A program made the position numbers and the translations under genes. Shown in pieces: positions 1-11,315 of a DNA stretch of 64,000 nucleotides. Within the stretch, counting starts at the first letter, position 1. The number at the start of each line of letters is the position of its first letter. Where the stretch lies: positions 17,915 to 81,914 of IMG/VR virus record IMGVR_UViG_3300020048_000087; one strand, given 5' to 3'. Source of the DNA: a virus. Taxonomy: Duplodnaviria; Caudoviricetes. The notes under the pieces were generated by a model. That model searched no databases and was not told the origin of the DNA. It worked only from the letters and a program-made list of their open reading frames with translations.

Positions 1-961
1 CACTACTTTCGTATTTTTTAGTTTTACCGAAAATATTTTGTTCAAACCCTGTTTTACTTAACACAGAATCAATCGGGTCAGACAATATTTTGAGTTCTTT
101 TACATAATATTCTGATGTTGTATCCGAAGGATTATCAAGATTTAACACACGTTTAAATGTTCCTGTCACTGAATTACTGAAAGTTGCCCCAACAAAACCA
201 TAGTTAAAAATGTTAAAAACATATTCTTTACTATTTGAGGTCCCATCACCCAATGAATAAACCTCAAAATATTTATTAGTATTATAACTAATACTCAATT
301 CAACAAATTCCCCGACAGAAAGTCCGTGTTTAACAGGACTTTTAAAACTAACGATTTTGTTACCCCCTTCAGTCATATTTTTCACGACAAAAGGTAAACC
401 ATCACCTGACCTCCAATTTATAATTTGGGATGTCGTAGCATTAGTATGTCTCATTGGTTTTATATAGTTATTCCTAAATGGATAACTCATAAAATGATTC
501 CAATTATAGGTTGACGCACTTTTACTGATAAAAGTTAAATGATTGTTAGGTGCTTGTGTATACCCCACAACATTGTAATCATTACGTATAAAATCAAACT
601 CGTTATATTGAGGAAAACCACCCCAAGCAACCGCACCAGGTCCCGTAGCAGGATTACATTGTTTTTTCGCATATTCAGCTGCTTTAACGTAATATAAATT
701 ATTTTCTAATGGGGTATAATTCGTAGTTCCCGTATATGAGTTTTTAAATAAAATCGAAAACTTAGCAACAGGTCTAAAGATTGTCGACCTTTGTCTTTCA
801 TCGTCAAAAACCTGAGCTAAACTAATATTTATATTTCTATCAAACTCAACATTCTCTTTAACCGTTTGAATAAGCGGTATCTGAAAACCTAACGTTGTTT
901 CAGGGGCCGACTTATAACGTAACGACCCCAAAACAACTATATTATCATTTCTATTTCCCAT
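1..961 (-). CDS. Putative virion/baseplate structural protein (partial, runs off the left edge; absent from the ORF track)
   Basis: ATG at 961-959, 2 nt after the stop of the upstream gene. Frame reads MGNRNDNIVVLGSLRYKSAPETTLGFQIPLIQ... with no stop to position 1 (~320 codons). Located in the baseplate cluster. Confidence 0.75.
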   Translation of the reverse strand, partial: MGNRNDNIVVLGSLRYKSAPETTLGFQIPLIQTVKENVEFDRNINISLAQVFDDERQRSTIFRPVAKFSILFKNSYTGTTNYTPLENNLYYVKAAEYAKKQCNPATGPGAVAWGGFPQYNEFDFIRNDYNVVGYTQAPNNHLTFISKSASTYNWNHFMSYPFRNNYIKPMRHTNATTSQIINWRSGDGLPFVVKNMTEGGNKIVSFKSPVKHGLSVGEFVELSISYNTNKYFEVYSLGDGTSNSKEYVFNIFNYGFVGATFSNSVTGTFKRVLNLDNPSDTTSEYYVKELKILSDPIDSVLSKTGFEQNIFGKTKKYESS

Positions 962-963
962 AA

Positions 964-3900
964 TTAATCAGTAGTAACTTCAGTATCAATCCATTTTTTA
1001 GTAAACCTATCAAAAGCGGATTTCCCAATATTTAACCCAAAATAAAAGTGATATGGAGCTCCTGTATTTACAACTCTTTCCGCTTGAGGGACATTACTAT
1101 CAGGTGCTGAATTTTTATCCCAATATTGGAGGTCAGCAGATTGTATTAAACTATTATCAACTGAATAAATATTCCCTCGATAATATTTTGTCACCGAACT
1201 TCCGTTTGTTCTAAAATATCGTGAATTTCTCAACAACCTATCTAAATTTTGATAACCATAATTAAAAAAACTAGTACCCGAATATGGTTCAGTACTCCAA
1301 TCGTTAAATTGACTACCAAAAATACTATCAGTAGGACCTGCACCATATAATGAACCCCCTGATGTAAAATCTTTATCCTCACCAGTATTTGGCTTAATAA
1401 ACCATTGATAAAATGGAACGACCTGAGTTTTAACTTTAATCGCCTCAAAAGCACAATCACTCAATGTTATTGGTGCGTCTTCATTGATTATATTTCGTTT
1501 AGGTGTTAAATAATCTCTAACTTGGGTGATTGACGAAAAATACACCCCAAAAACACCATTATCAATTGTTCCACCATTATAAAATAAATCACAACTATCA
1601 TAATTTTCATCACTAAACCCAACGGTTCCTATTTCAGAATTGATTGACAATAATTGAGCATAATCTCCATCTATTTTTAGATTTTCACGACTAAAGAACT
1701 TTTTAATTGATGGTGTAGCAATTAACTTACTTAAAAAACTTCGATTTGTTAATCTTGAAATAATAAAGGTATTTAATAAGTCCGACACATCTTGGAAACT
1801 ACTAGTATTTAAGTTTTTCATAACATACCCATCATAATCATTAGAAAATACAATCTCTTGTGTGTAAATATCTCTAGGACCTAAATCCATCACAGTTGTC
1901 GGATACATTAAATTTTTACGATTACCTCCAAATGTGTTTTTAGTCAACCAATTCACAGGGTTTAATCTACCAACATACGAATCATTTGTATTATTATAAG
2001 GTGTTACTCTATAATAAAAATTATTACTATCTTGGTTAAAAAAAATATTGTTTTTACAATAACAATTATAAGGTTTATTTGCATCAGCTATAGGTGTTGT
2101 CGATGCCGGAGTAAATCTTCTTGAATTAGTGAAAGCAAAAGCAAATAATGTACCATTAACCCAATTATTTGTAAAATAATGTGCGAACACATTTCGACAA
2201 GCTGCAAACGATACCAAAGTTCTTGCTCTCCATTCCGGTAATAGAGTAAATAAATCTAACTTTAACGTTTTAAATGGGACAGTAACTAACAGATAACAAC
2301 CACCCTGTAAAATTGTTTTAGGTTGTGGACCATAATCACTAGCTCCTGATTGTTCATTACTATAGCAAGCCTCCCCACCACTATTCGATATCGGTACAGG
2401 TCTTGGCCAAAAATTCATTCGTTGTTTAGGTGTATCATAATAATAACATCTAAGTGGTACTAAATTTTCACAAGAAAACGTACTTAATAAATCACCACCA
2501 CAACTAACTTCAGCATTCGCAAGTAAACTATCAGCAGAACCACCAACACCATCAACAGTTGATATTGTAGATAATGATGTTACACTACCATCATTTGATA
2601 TGATAAAAAACCCAAAATTATTGTTCCCCATCAAAGTATAACTAATATTACCCGGCCCGAATTCTTCATTAGATGAAGACGGTAATCTGTCCGACCTCAT
2701 AACTATTTGTCTACTATTAGACCCCAATGAAATATTCATATCTGTCGAATACCCATCACTTTTATATGTTATTGAAACATAAAGTGATTGATGATTAATA
2801 TCCCCCAAACTAAATTCACAAAAATTTAAGTTACCCGTTCTCAGTAAACCAACATTACCACCATCTAATATCTCATTATCGAAATAACCTCGGTTATGTT
2901 TAAGGTTTATAGCTTGAGCGTTAGTACCATCATCACTTGTGGGTAAATTTTTATCAAGTTTAGGACAATTTAATCCTTGTTCAAAATAATAAAGACCATA
3001 TCCATTAGTAAACGACCCGAAATCCGCCAAATTATCATCACTATTGACCGTTAATGACGAACCCCCATCAACCAACCAAGCGCCTGATGGTTGTCCCGCA
3101 ACATTCACCAAACCATTTAAATACGAAGCGTCCGCACCATCAATTTTTGAATAAAATAAATGATTTTTTGTTGAGAATGGTGTAAAACACCCCCAATTTA
3201 CAGGTCGATAATTAGGGTCCGCAGTGTTAGGAACATAAGGTGACTGATTAACAGGATTAATTCCAGCAGGAACACCAGGTGAAGTCACACTCGGTCCCCA
3301 CATAAAAGATTCGTGATAGAACGATGTACTATTGGTAACTCTATGGTCAACACAAGTAAACCCACCCTGAATTGGGATGTTCATTCTACCCTTTACATCT
3401 TTAATAACATACCCAAAATCCTTTTTACCATATAATTTACTTAAATCGTATGATATGTTAGTTATAGGTGAATTAGGGTCAACACCTCTAACCATAAAAA
3501 CCACCCTTAAATCGTCAGATTTATTATAATACCATCTAATCGGACCAGGAGTTCCTCCTCCTGAGTTTATCCCTGACCCAACAATAAAGTCAATTTTCTT
3601 ACTAAAATTATCATCTGTATTAATAATACGATAACCACCATTTAATACTCTCGTATAAAATGAGTTTGGTAAGTCAGGTGTTTTAGAATTCACCGTCGCT
3701 AAATATTGTGACACTGAAACATTCTCAATTACTTGACAATACTCTAAGTCGATTGCAAATTTATGGTACGTAGTTTCAGAAGAACCCGTTATATCATAAG
3801 TAACAGTTGGGTTACTAGTATTAGTACCATTAGGATTCGCATAAGTAACAACTTTTTGAATATAATTAATTTTAGGGTCACCTAAATATGGGACTCCAAT

Positions 3901-6417
3901 ATTTTTACCTAAAATACTATTAGTACCAAAATCATTAGCCGGAAAAACGTTTGTTAGATTAACATCCTTAGATAACGTAGGGTCAACAAAAGTTAATAAA
4001 GTACCCTGTGGGAATTTACCCGAATCAGACGCATCAACTAACACCGCGATAACATTATCTAAGTGATATTTAGTACCTGTAAGACTATTTGGGGTTGATG
4101 GCAAGGAACCACCATTCATATCAAGATTAAATCTAGCAGCAATTTGATTAACCCCACCTCCAGGATTACTTGAACTATCATCAAAATATTTTGCTTTAGT
4201 ATTAAATAAATTAAAACGTTCGTGCCACGGTAAATCAGTTGAGAATGTACGAACACAACCTAATATACACCCTTCCTTTTTCAAATCTTCAGGAGTTCCT
4301 TTAGCGGATAAAGACAAAGGGTTTTGGGCCTCAACACCTGTAATTATCGAAGTGTCAAAAATCCTACCCCGACTAAAAACACCTGACATACCACCAATCC
4401 AAGTACCACTACCTTCACTATAAGGACCTTTAAACGAACCATAATTCACTATATCACCAAAAGAACTATTAGATGTTTGAGCGTTCTCTAAAGCACTACC
4501 AGGTTCCGCCTTACCCGCAATAGGTTCTTGTGGGTCACAAGAACATAACTCACAATCAGGATACGTTATATTAGGTAGTTTTAAAAAAGTGTTTTGACAT
4601 TTGTCCTCCATATCCTTAACCGTCCCATCTAGTTTTTCACAAGTTGGTACTAAAAAGTCAAGGAGTTCCTTTTTCGACATACGACAAATACTATCACGTA
4701 TTACCGTAATAATTGGTTTTATAATATTACATAAAATCCAAAAGAATAAGTGAGATAAAAAGATTATAAAATATAATAACGGATACGCTATCAACATTAG
4801 AAATTGGAATAATAAGAAAATAATATCTAATCTATACATCCCATCATTAGAGGGGAATTTATTATTTGTTGACTCACAAGTATCATCAAGAATATTTTTA
4901 ATAGCCACTATCCTATTATTTAACGACCCTTTACGATATTCACTAATTAATTGAGAAACGGTAAATACTTTATTGTATTGCATCTCATAAAACCTATCTT
5001 GACAATTAATACCCTCCAAAACCATTTTTTCACCGGTTGTTGTTAAAACCCCCGCAGCGTCTTTTTCACCGTAATCATCCCAATCAAGACTAAAGGCGTA
5101 TGATGCCTTAGCAGCTCTACCATTATTTGTTGTTGGAACCGTACTTGAATAAGTACAAGGGTTATCACCATTCCCAAAACCTGTTGAGAGATTAACTTTT
5201 TTACCCGTTAATGGGTCTGTACCATCAGCCGTTGCCCACCCATACTCTTTAATATTTGGGACTAAAAAACTCGCCCTTTTAACTCTTTCCCCTAAACTTG
5301 GTGGTTGATTCCACACAATCTTAAATCGGTACTTACCTTTGGTTGGGATACCTTTTTTAGGGTCTTTAGAAATTACTTGTTCACCAAATTCATTAGTTAC
5401 AACATAATCAAGATTCATTGGTACATCAAACATCCAAGTACCATTATCATCAATAACTTGTCCACCCTCTTCAAAATCGGCAACTTCTAACGCCGGTCTA
5501 CCTTTGGTATCCGTATATATTGTTTGTCTTATCGCTTGGATTTGTCCCGGCCCTGAAATCAAACTACATAATTGTCCTGATTTTAACGCTGGTTTACATT
5601 TAAGTTTTAACGCTTGGTCTTCATTTGAAGATATCATTGACCCCATAAATATTGAGGTTGGTTGTATATTAACATTTTTCTCGGACGACAAATCAAAGTC
5701 AGTCCTTGTTATACCTAAACTACACGTCGATTCATCACCCCATAATGGTTCAACCTCTAATGTTCGATTAATGGTTATAATTTGAGGTAATTCATTAATA
5801 TTTGTTGACGATTTAAATTTAGTACCATTAACTTGTACCGGAGTAGCAATACCCATTCGAATCATATCTTGAGGCGATAATGAAAATTCCCCAATATCTG
5901 ACAAATCAACATTAACAACGATTGTTTGTGAACCGACGGGTACACCAAAAATCATATAATCCCCACTTTCATTGGTTACGGCGTTGTATTTAAAATACTT
6001 GTCATAAATCTCAATTTTAGTTGAGTTTGTTAATACTTCATTTTTAGTGAAGAATGAACCCGTAGGGACGTGATTACTATAAGATTGTTCTGTTGGTAAT
6101 AAGTTATACCTATACCCGACATCATTAACTTGACTTAATGTCTTATACGGATATAAATCAGCTAATATCGGTTTATTAATCTCATCATCAGATGATAATG
6201 GTATGAAAATTGAAACTTTAGCGTTAGGTATTCCAAAACCATTGTTAACACTAACACGACCAACTATGACACCATAATCCGTACATTTTCGAGTATAAAC
6301 TTGACTTTGTAATAATTTTAACGATAAAATCTCAAGGTATTCAAAATCTTGGTCAATTCTGACTCTAATTGATTTGTCAACTCCTGGTGTTGTTCTTATT
6401 CTGTATGAATTCGACAT
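964..6417 (-). CDS. Large putative baseplate/virion structural protein, 1817 aa; N-terminal beta-sandwich-like region and an internal hydrophobic hairpin
   Basis: Long ORF directly downstream of the gp6-like wedge gene. YGVIVGRVSVNNGFGIPNAKVSIF resembles carboxypeptidase-regulatory-like folds. Cys/Gly/Asn-rich. Confidence 0.6.
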   Translation of the reverse strand: MSNSYRIRTTPGVDKSIRVRIDQDFEYLEILSLKLLQSQVYTRKCTDYGVIVGRVSVNNGFGIPNAKVSIFIPLSSDDEINKPILADLYPYKTLSQVNDVGYRYNLLPTEQSYSNHVPTGSFFTKNEVLTNSTKIEIYDKYFKYNAVTNESGDYMIFGVPVGSQTIVVNVDLSDIGEFSLSPQDMIRMGIATPVQVNGTKFKSSTNINELPQIITINRTLEVEPLWGDESTCSLGITRTDFDLSSEKNVNIQPTSIFMGSMISSNEDQALKLKCKPALKSGQLCSLISGPGQIQAIRQTIYTDTKGRPALEVADFEEGGQVIDDNGTWMFDVPMNLDYVVTNEFGEQVISKDPKKGIPTKGKYRFKIVWNQPPSLGERVKRASFLVPNIKEYGWATADGTDPLTGKKVNLSTGFGNGDNPCTYSSTVPTTNNGRAAKASYAFSLDWDDYGEKDAAGVLTTTGEKMVLEGINCQDRFYEMQYNKVFTVSQLISEYRKGSLNNRIVAIKNILDDTCESTNNKFPSNDGMYRLDIIFLLFQFLMLIAYPLLYFIIFLSHLFFWILCNIIKPIITVIRDSICRMSKKELLDFLVPTCEKLDGTVKDMEDKCQNTFLKLPNITYPDCELCSCDPQEPIAGKAEPGSALENAQTSNSSFGDIVNYGSFKGPYSEGSGTWIGGMSGVFSRGRIFDTSIITGVEAQNPLSLSAKGTPEDLKKEGCILGCVRTFSTDLPWHERFNLFNTKAKYFDDSSSNPGGGVNQIAARFNLDMNGGSLPSTPNSLTGTKYHLDNVIAVLVDASDSGKFPQGTLLTFVDPTLSKDVNLTNVFPANDFGTNSILGKNIGVPYLGDPKINYIQKVVTYANPNGTNTSNPTVTYDITGSSETTYHKFAIDLEYCQVIENVSVSQYLATVNSKTPDLPNSFYTRVLNGGYRIINTDDNFSKKIDFIVGSGINSGGGTPGPIRWYYNKSDDLRVVFMVRGVDPNSPITNISYDLSKLYGKKDFGYVIKDVKGRMNIPIQGGFTCVDHRVTNSTSFYHESFMWGPSVTSPGVPAGINPVNQSPYVPNTADPNYRPVNWGCFTPFSTKNHLFYSKIDGADASYLNGLVNVAGQPSGAWLVDGGSSLTVNSDDNLADFGSFTNGYGLYYFEQGLNCPKLDKNLPTSDDGTNAQAINLKHNRGYFDNEILDGGNVGLLRTGNLNFCEFSLGDINHQSLYVSITYKSDGYSTDMNISLGSNSRQIVMRSDRLPSSSNEEFGPGNISYTLMGNNNFGFFIISNDGSVTSLSTISTVDGVGGSADSLLANAEVSCGGDLLSTFSCENLVPLRCYYYDTPKQRMNFWPRPVPISNSGGEACYSNEQSGASDYGPQPKTILQGGCYLLVTVPFKTLKLDLFTLLPEWRARTLVSFAACRNVFAHYFTNNWVNGTLFAFAFTNSRRFTPASTTPIADANKPYNCYCKNNIFFNQDSNNFYYRVTPYNNTNDSYVGRLNPVNWLTKNTFGGNRKNLMYPTTVMDLGPRDIYTQEIVFSNDYDGYVMKNLNTSSFQDVSDLLNTFIISRLTNRSFLSKLIATPSIKKFFSRENLKIDGDYAQLLSINSEIGTVGFSDENYDSCDLFYNGGTIDNGVFGVYFSSITQVRDYLTPKRNIINEDAPITLSDCAFEAIKVKTQVVPFYQWFIKPNTGEDKDFTSGGSLYGAGPTDSIFGSQFNDWSTEPYSGTSFFNYGYQNLDRLLRNSRYFRTNGSSVTKYYRGNIYSVDNSLIQSADLQYWDKNSAPDSNVPQAERVVNTGAPYHFYFGLNIGKSAFDRFTKKWIDTEVTTD

Positions 6418-6488
6418 TTAATTCTTTTAAAATAAATAGTTTATCTGCTATTTTTAAAATATAAATGATTATAATTCAAAATAAATCA

Positions 6489-8327
6489 TCAAGTGAATTT
6501 AGTCGTTGTAAGATTTTTAACTCTAACGTTAATATCTTTACTTGGATATCTAATTTGGTAGGATTGACTTGGTTGAGCAAATATGGTATCATCAATCAAC
6601 TTGATTTCTCTTGTCTGAGAATCTGAATATGGTTGTGACGTTTGTGATGACGAATATTGTCCACCAACTTTATTGAATACTTTAATATCTGAAATTGAAA
6701 CCACCCCATTTTGTGTTTGTATTAATCTTCTAAGTTCTGAGATTATAATATCCTGACCCATTTGTAAATTACCAGGTTCAAAATAATTTGAGATTATTGT
6801 TATAATTTGAGATATAACGGACCCTTGGTTTTGACTACTACTTAAAACAACATCAATTGTAAACCCTAAGTCAATCACGTTAGCCGTCTGAATTGAGATA
6901 TAATCATTCATCATTCGATAATTTGATAAATAATTCGCCACATTACTTTTTAAAGTCTCTGAGATTATTTCAGTTAATTTACCCGACTCATCATAAGATA
7001 ACATCTTGATAATAATCTTATTATTTTCTTCAGTAATCGCCACTTTAGCCGGTGCTCCAAATTGTGAAGGCATTGTTCTAATTAACGAATCATAGTCATT
7101 AACCGTCACCGCTCTATTTTGAGCTGAAAAGTTAAATGATACTAAATTTCTTACCTCCTCAATTGTCGGGAAATCCGCCCCACCAATTGCCGCAGTTACG
7201 TTGGTACATCTTAATGAATTAACAACAGTTGTGTTTATAGACTCTGAAGGTCCGTTCACAAAGAAAGAAACAGTCCCTATTTGAGTGATAACATTAACAC
7301 CTAAATTACTAGATGTTCCCCCACCTATTCTATATTGAACAAATAACGTTGTATTAGCCTTTAACGTACTACCTAACGCTAAATTGTTAGAATACTTATA
7401 CAAATTCAAATTCATACCATTTTTGGCAAATTCTCTAAGTTGTTCATCGGCAGATTGACTACCACCACCAAAAGTCATTTTAAGGAAACCTTCAGGGGTG
7501 TATTCTGTGATAAATTTATCACTTGTTGATAGATATCTCCCAACTTTAAGTCCGGGACTATCAGACACCTTTGTAGGGTCCTCAACAAACACTCTATCCT
7601 CAGCTAACGCTCTAACTTCGTACCATCTATTTTCTAAACCTAAAAATTCACTATTCGAAGGGACATTACCATATTGTGTACCATCTTTAAGTAAGACGCT
7701 AGTTATACCTAACACATTTTTTTCAGGTAAAAATGTTTCATAAAAAGGTTTAACATCATTTGGTGTTATAACTTTTTTAAATACTTTTGTAACACCATTA
7801 ACAACGGTTTCTCGTTTAGTAATGGTATAATTAATTAATTTATTATTTGAATCAAAATTAGGTACTTTTAATCTATTTGGGAATCCATCACCATTTATAG
7901 GTGACGCAAAATCAATATCGTAAACCGTTTCAAATACTTGACCAGCACCATTAACTTGAGAACCACGTCTTAATAGACCACAATACCTTAAATCTTCTTT
8001 ATCACCATAAGCCGGCACCGTAATTGATAAATCAACTAACGCAACTGAAGGTCTTTGACCCGGTACTTTTAAACCATAAGTTCTCGCAATATTATATATT
8101 GAAGACCTTTGTTGAGCATATTGTAACACCGTTTCCTGAATACTTCTATCAATGTTAAATTGTAAGTTATCAGTTACCGCAGCATTTAAATCCAATAACA
8201 CGGAGAACACCGCAGCGTCATTAACGTTACTAATTAAATCGGGATAATAAGTCCTTGTAAAGTTAATTAACTCAGTTCTTATTGATTGGAAATCCCTCGT
8301 TGTATACGAAATTTTCTTATTAGCCAT
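6489..8327 (-). CDS. Baseplate wedge subunit (T4 gp6 / baseplate J-like)
   Basis: N-terminus YTTRDFQSIRTELINF...QYAQQRSSIYNIARTYG; C-terminal AAIGGAD...FSAQNRAVTVNDY motif typical of gp6/J. Follows a gp25-like gene. Confidence 0.9.
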   Translation of the reverse strand: MANKKISYTTRDFQSIRTELINFTRTYYPDLISNVNDAAVFSVLLDLNAAVTDNLQFNIDRSIQETVLQYAQQRSSIYNIARTYGLKVPGQRPSVALVDLSITVPAYGDKEDLRYCGLLRRGSQVNGAGQVFETVYDIDFASPINGDGFPNRLKVPNFDSNNKLINYTITKRETVVNGVTKVFKKVITPNDVKPFYETFLPEKNVLGITSVLLKDGTQYGNVPSNSEFLGLENRWYEVRALAEDRVFVEDPTKVSDSPGLKVGRYLSTSDKFITEYTPEGFLKMTFGGGSQSADEQLREFAKNGMNLNLYKYSNNLALGSTLKANTTLFVQYRIGGGTSSNLGVNVITQIGTVSFFVNGPSESINTTVVNSLRCTNVTAAIGGADFPTIEEVRNLVSFNFSAQNRAVTVNDYDSLIRTMPSQFGAPAKVAITEENNKIIIKMLSYDESGKLTEIISETLKSNVANYLSNYRMMNDYISIQTANVIDLGFTIDVVLSSSQNQGSVISQIITIISNYFEPGNLQMGQDIIISELRRLIQTQNGVVSISDIKVFNKVGGQYSSSQTSQPYSDSQTREIKLIDDTIFAQPSQSYQIRYPSKDINVRVKNLTTTKFT

Positions 8328-8328
8328 A

Positions 8329-8787
8329 TTATAAATTTATAATTACAAAATCACTTGAACTGAACGCATCGTCATTTAACAAGTAATCAATTTTAATTTT
8401 TGCGGTATGTTCTTTGGTTCCAATTCCTGGTACTCTAAATACCCTTTCATCATTGCCATTAACATAACTACCCATATCTTCTTCAGCGTCAGACGCAGCA
8501 GTTACCGAAATATTAGTTATAGTTATCCCCGGAATATATTCTTTAACAGAATCCCTTATTTCTGATTCAATTTCAGAATATGTCGGACCATCCATTGGTT
8601 CAAATATATATTCGTATAATCTCGACCCAAAATCGGGTAAATAATATCTAGTACCTTTTCTTGTAAGTAAAAGATGTATCAAATTAGTACGTATTTCTTC
8701 CTGATTACTTTCAGATAAATCTAAATACTTACCATCGTAAGAATCCCTAAAAGGGAAATTAATACCATATGTTATTCCGTTCGCCAT
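8329..8787 (-). CDS. Baseplate wedge/sheath-initiator subunit (T4 gp25 / GPW-like)
   Basis: GINFPF...IRTNLIHLLLTRKGTRYYLPDFGSRLYEYIFEP motif. Likely start is MANGITYG at 8787; the ORF-track start at 8853 overlaps a terminator. Confidence 0.9.
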   Translation of the reverse strand: MANGITYGINFPFRDSYDGKYLDLSESNQEEIRTNLIHLLLTRKGTRYYLPDFGSRLYEYIFEPMDGPTYSEIESEIRDSVKEYIPGITITNISVTAASDAEEDMGSYVNGNDERVFRVPGIGTKEHTAKIKIDYLLNDDAFSSSDFVIINL

Positions 8788-8837
8788 ATAACATAAATAT
8801 AATGTGGTAATAAATTTTTTGTATATCGTTATAAAAT

Positions 8838-8867
8838 AAAAAACTCCCGACAATGCCGAGAGTTTTT
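8838..8867 (-). terminator. Intrinsic terminator after nrdA
   Basis: Minus strand CTCTCGGC-ATT-GTCGGGAG stem followed by a T-run. Confidence 0.75.
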
Positions 8868-8882
8868 AAATTTTACGATTTA

Positions 8883-11297
8883 TTATGAAGAACATCCAAA
8901 ACATTCGAATTCAGAATCCGCAGGTTTTGGTGGTGCGACATTAACAATTGGTTTTTCATTAACAGGTTTATCTCGTCTTGACATATCAACCGCCAAGTGT
9001 TTAGCCCCTGTTGAAATTGCTTTAGTTCGGATATAATAACTTAATGTTTTCAACCCTTTCTCCCATCCGTGGAAGTGTGATGAGGTTATTTTTGACAATG
9101 TTGGGTTACCCATATAAACATTCATTGATTGTGATTGGTCAATAAAAGGAGCCCTTTCAGCCGCCATATCAATCAATTCTCTTTGTGATATTTCCCAAAT
9201 TGTTTTATATTTCACCATTAAGTGTTCAATACGTGTTACTTTTTTGTTGTAGTGTTTATCCTCAACATCAAGATAATTGTTGAAGTTAATGTTTTGAATT
9301 GAACCCTCATTTATAATGATATCATTTTTCAAATCTTCACACCAAATACCAATTTTCTCAAAATCTTGGATTAAATATTTATTTACTATCAAAATCTCTC
9401 CACCTACAACACGTCTATTAAACAACGCCGAATGAGCGGGTTCCGTCATTTCAAATGAACCTGTTATTTTTGCTGAAGACGCAACAGGCATCTGAGCAGT
9501 AAATAACGAGTTACAAATTCCGTGTAACGAAACACTTTCTTTTAATGAGTTCCAATCCCACATACCCGATAAATTATCTTCAGTTAAACCCCACATATCA
9601 AATTGGAACGTTCCTTTTGACATTGGTGAACCTTCAAAGAATTTATATGGTTCGTATTTTTCCTCAATACACAATTGATTACTTTCAGTAATAGCCGCAA
9701 AATAAATCGTTTCAAATATTTCTTTATTTAATTTTCTCGCCTCATCAGAAGTGAATACGTAGTCCATTAAATAAAATACGTCAGCCAATCCCTGAACACC
9801 AATAGCAATTGCTCTTTGTTCTAAACCACCTTTAACACCTTTACTAGTTGAATAACTATTAATTTTAATAACTTTATTTAACGTTCTTGTTACTTTTCTA
9901 ACCTCATCAAATAACAATTTGAAGTCGAATTTACCATCAATAATGAAGTTTTTCAATACCATAGAAGATAACGTACAAATCGCTGTTGTGTCCTCATCAG
10001 TATATTGGAATATCTCAGCACATAAGTTAGATTGACGAATAACACCAATATTTTGATGATTAGTCTTTTTATTTGCATTGTCTTTAGAACATAAATAAGG
10101 GACACCTGTTTCAATTTGGGATTCAATAATTTTAGTCCAAACTTCAGTTGCACTTACTTTTTTACCAAGACCTAACTCAACCGCTTTTGCATAAGTTTCT
10201 TCATATTCTTGACCATAAGACTCTTGTAATGGTTTTAGACCGGCCTTCTTAATATCATTAGGACAGAACAAATACCAATCAGAGTTATTTTTAACTGCGT
10301 GCATAAAGTTATCAGGAATCCATAATGCCGTGAACAAATCTCTCGCTCTTAACTCATCTTTACCCGTATTCTTTTTGATATCTAATAAGTCAAAAATATC
10401 TTTGTGCCAAGGTTCGATGTAGATAGCCGCACTACCAGGTCTTCTACCTTGTTGATTAAAGAATCTTAACGATTCGTTAACAATTTTAAGATACTTTAAC
10501 AATCCACCCGCAAATCCACCTGAAGTTGTAATACGACTTTCTTTACTTCTTTGATTTGACATACATAATCCAATACCCGCAGCGTCAGAAGAATAAGTTG
10601 AGATATCATTCAATGTACCTAATAATCCTTGTCTTGAATCGGAATTGTTGTAATGTAATACACAAGACGCTAACTGAGGAATTAATGTTCCTGAGTTAAT
10701 CATAATTGGCGTTGCTTTAGAGATTCTTTGTTCTGACAATGATTTGTAGTAATCAACTGCCTCTTCAAAAGAATCTGTTACCCATAACGCAATCCTCATA
10801 TACATATGTTGGGGTCTCTCAATTGCCTTACCATTAGGTAATTTCAACAAATACATTTCCTGTAATGCTTTCCAAGCGAAAAAATCGAAGTTATAATCAT
10901 TTTCGTGATTAATTAACGAATCAATATTACTTGGCCCGTATTTCTCAATAACACTCATCAAATTATCGTGTATAACACCTTCCGTGTGTAATACGTGCAT
11001 AGTTTCAGAAAAACTTTCAATTGTGTCTTTATGATACGCCGAAATAGCGACAGAAGATGCTAATCTTGAGTAATCGTGATGACTACCTGTGTATGATGAA
11101 GCAATTTCATACACCAATTTATCCAACTCTTTAGTTGTGATAAACCCCTCAGTTGGTAGAGAAGTCGTTACTTTAATGAATATCTCATCAAAGTTAACGT
11201 TAAGACCTTTCGCGGCCTTTTTAACTCTATTGTAAATTTTTTGGGGGTTAAATGATTGTTTCTCCCCGTTTCTTTTTTTAATTTTTAATGACATCAT
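8883..11297 (-). CDS. nrdA: Ribonucleoside-diphosphate reductase class Ia alpha subunit with N-terminal ATP-cone
   Basis: IKKRNG ATP-cone start, ATP..NSG, LASC, QSNLCAEI catalytic motif, AQMPVASS, KTLSYY, C-terminal CFGCSS. Confidence 0.97.
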   Translation of the reverse strand: MMSLKIKKRNGEKQSFNPQKIYNRVKKAAKGLNVNFDEIFIKVTTSLPTEGFITTKELDKLVYEIASSYTGSHHDYSRLASSVAISAYHKDTIESFSETMHVLHTEGVIHDNLMSVIEKYGPSNIDSLINHENDYNFDFFAWKALQEMYLLKLPNGKAIERPQHMYMRIALWVTDSFEEAVDYYKSLSEQRISKATPIMINSGTLIPQLASCVLHYNNSDSRQGLLGTLNDISTYSSDAAGIGLCMSNQRSKESRITTSGGFAGGLLKYLKIVNESLRFFNQQGRRPGSAAIYIEPWHKDIFDLLDIKKNTGKDELRARDLFTALWIPDNFMHAVKNNSDWYLFCPNDIKKAGLKPLQESYGQEYEETYAKAVELGLGKKVSATEVWTKIIESQIETGVPYLCSKDNANKKTNHQNIGVIRQSNLCAEIFQYTDEDTTAICTLSSMVLKNFIIDGKFDFKLLFDEVRKVTRTLNKVIKINSYSTSKGVKGGLEQRAIAIGVQGLADVFYLMDYVFTSDEARKLNKEIFETIYFAAITESNQLCIEEKYEPYKFFEGSPMSKGTFQFDMWGLTEDNLSGMWDWNSLKESVSLHGICNSLFTAQMPVASSAKITGSFEMTEPAHSALFNRRVVGGEILIVNKYLIQDFEKIGIWCEDLKNDIIINEGSIQNINFNNYLDVEDKHYNKKVTRIEHLMVKYKTIWEISQRELIDMAAERAPFIDQSQSMNVYMGNPTLSKITSSHFHGWEKGLKTLSYYIRTKAISTGAKHLAVDMSRRDKPVNEKPIVNVAPPKPADSEFECFGCSS

Positions 11298-11315
11298 AAT
11301 GTTTATAATATTTTA

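Noticed and set aside
8788-8853. N-terminal extensions proposed by the ORF track (also 41371-41460, 49404-49478, and the start at 63770)
   Set aside because: The extensions overlap terminators, divergent genes or upstream genes; downstream ATGs with TATTTAT elements or tight gene packing fit better. The 63770 TTG is internal to an ORF that continues off the window.
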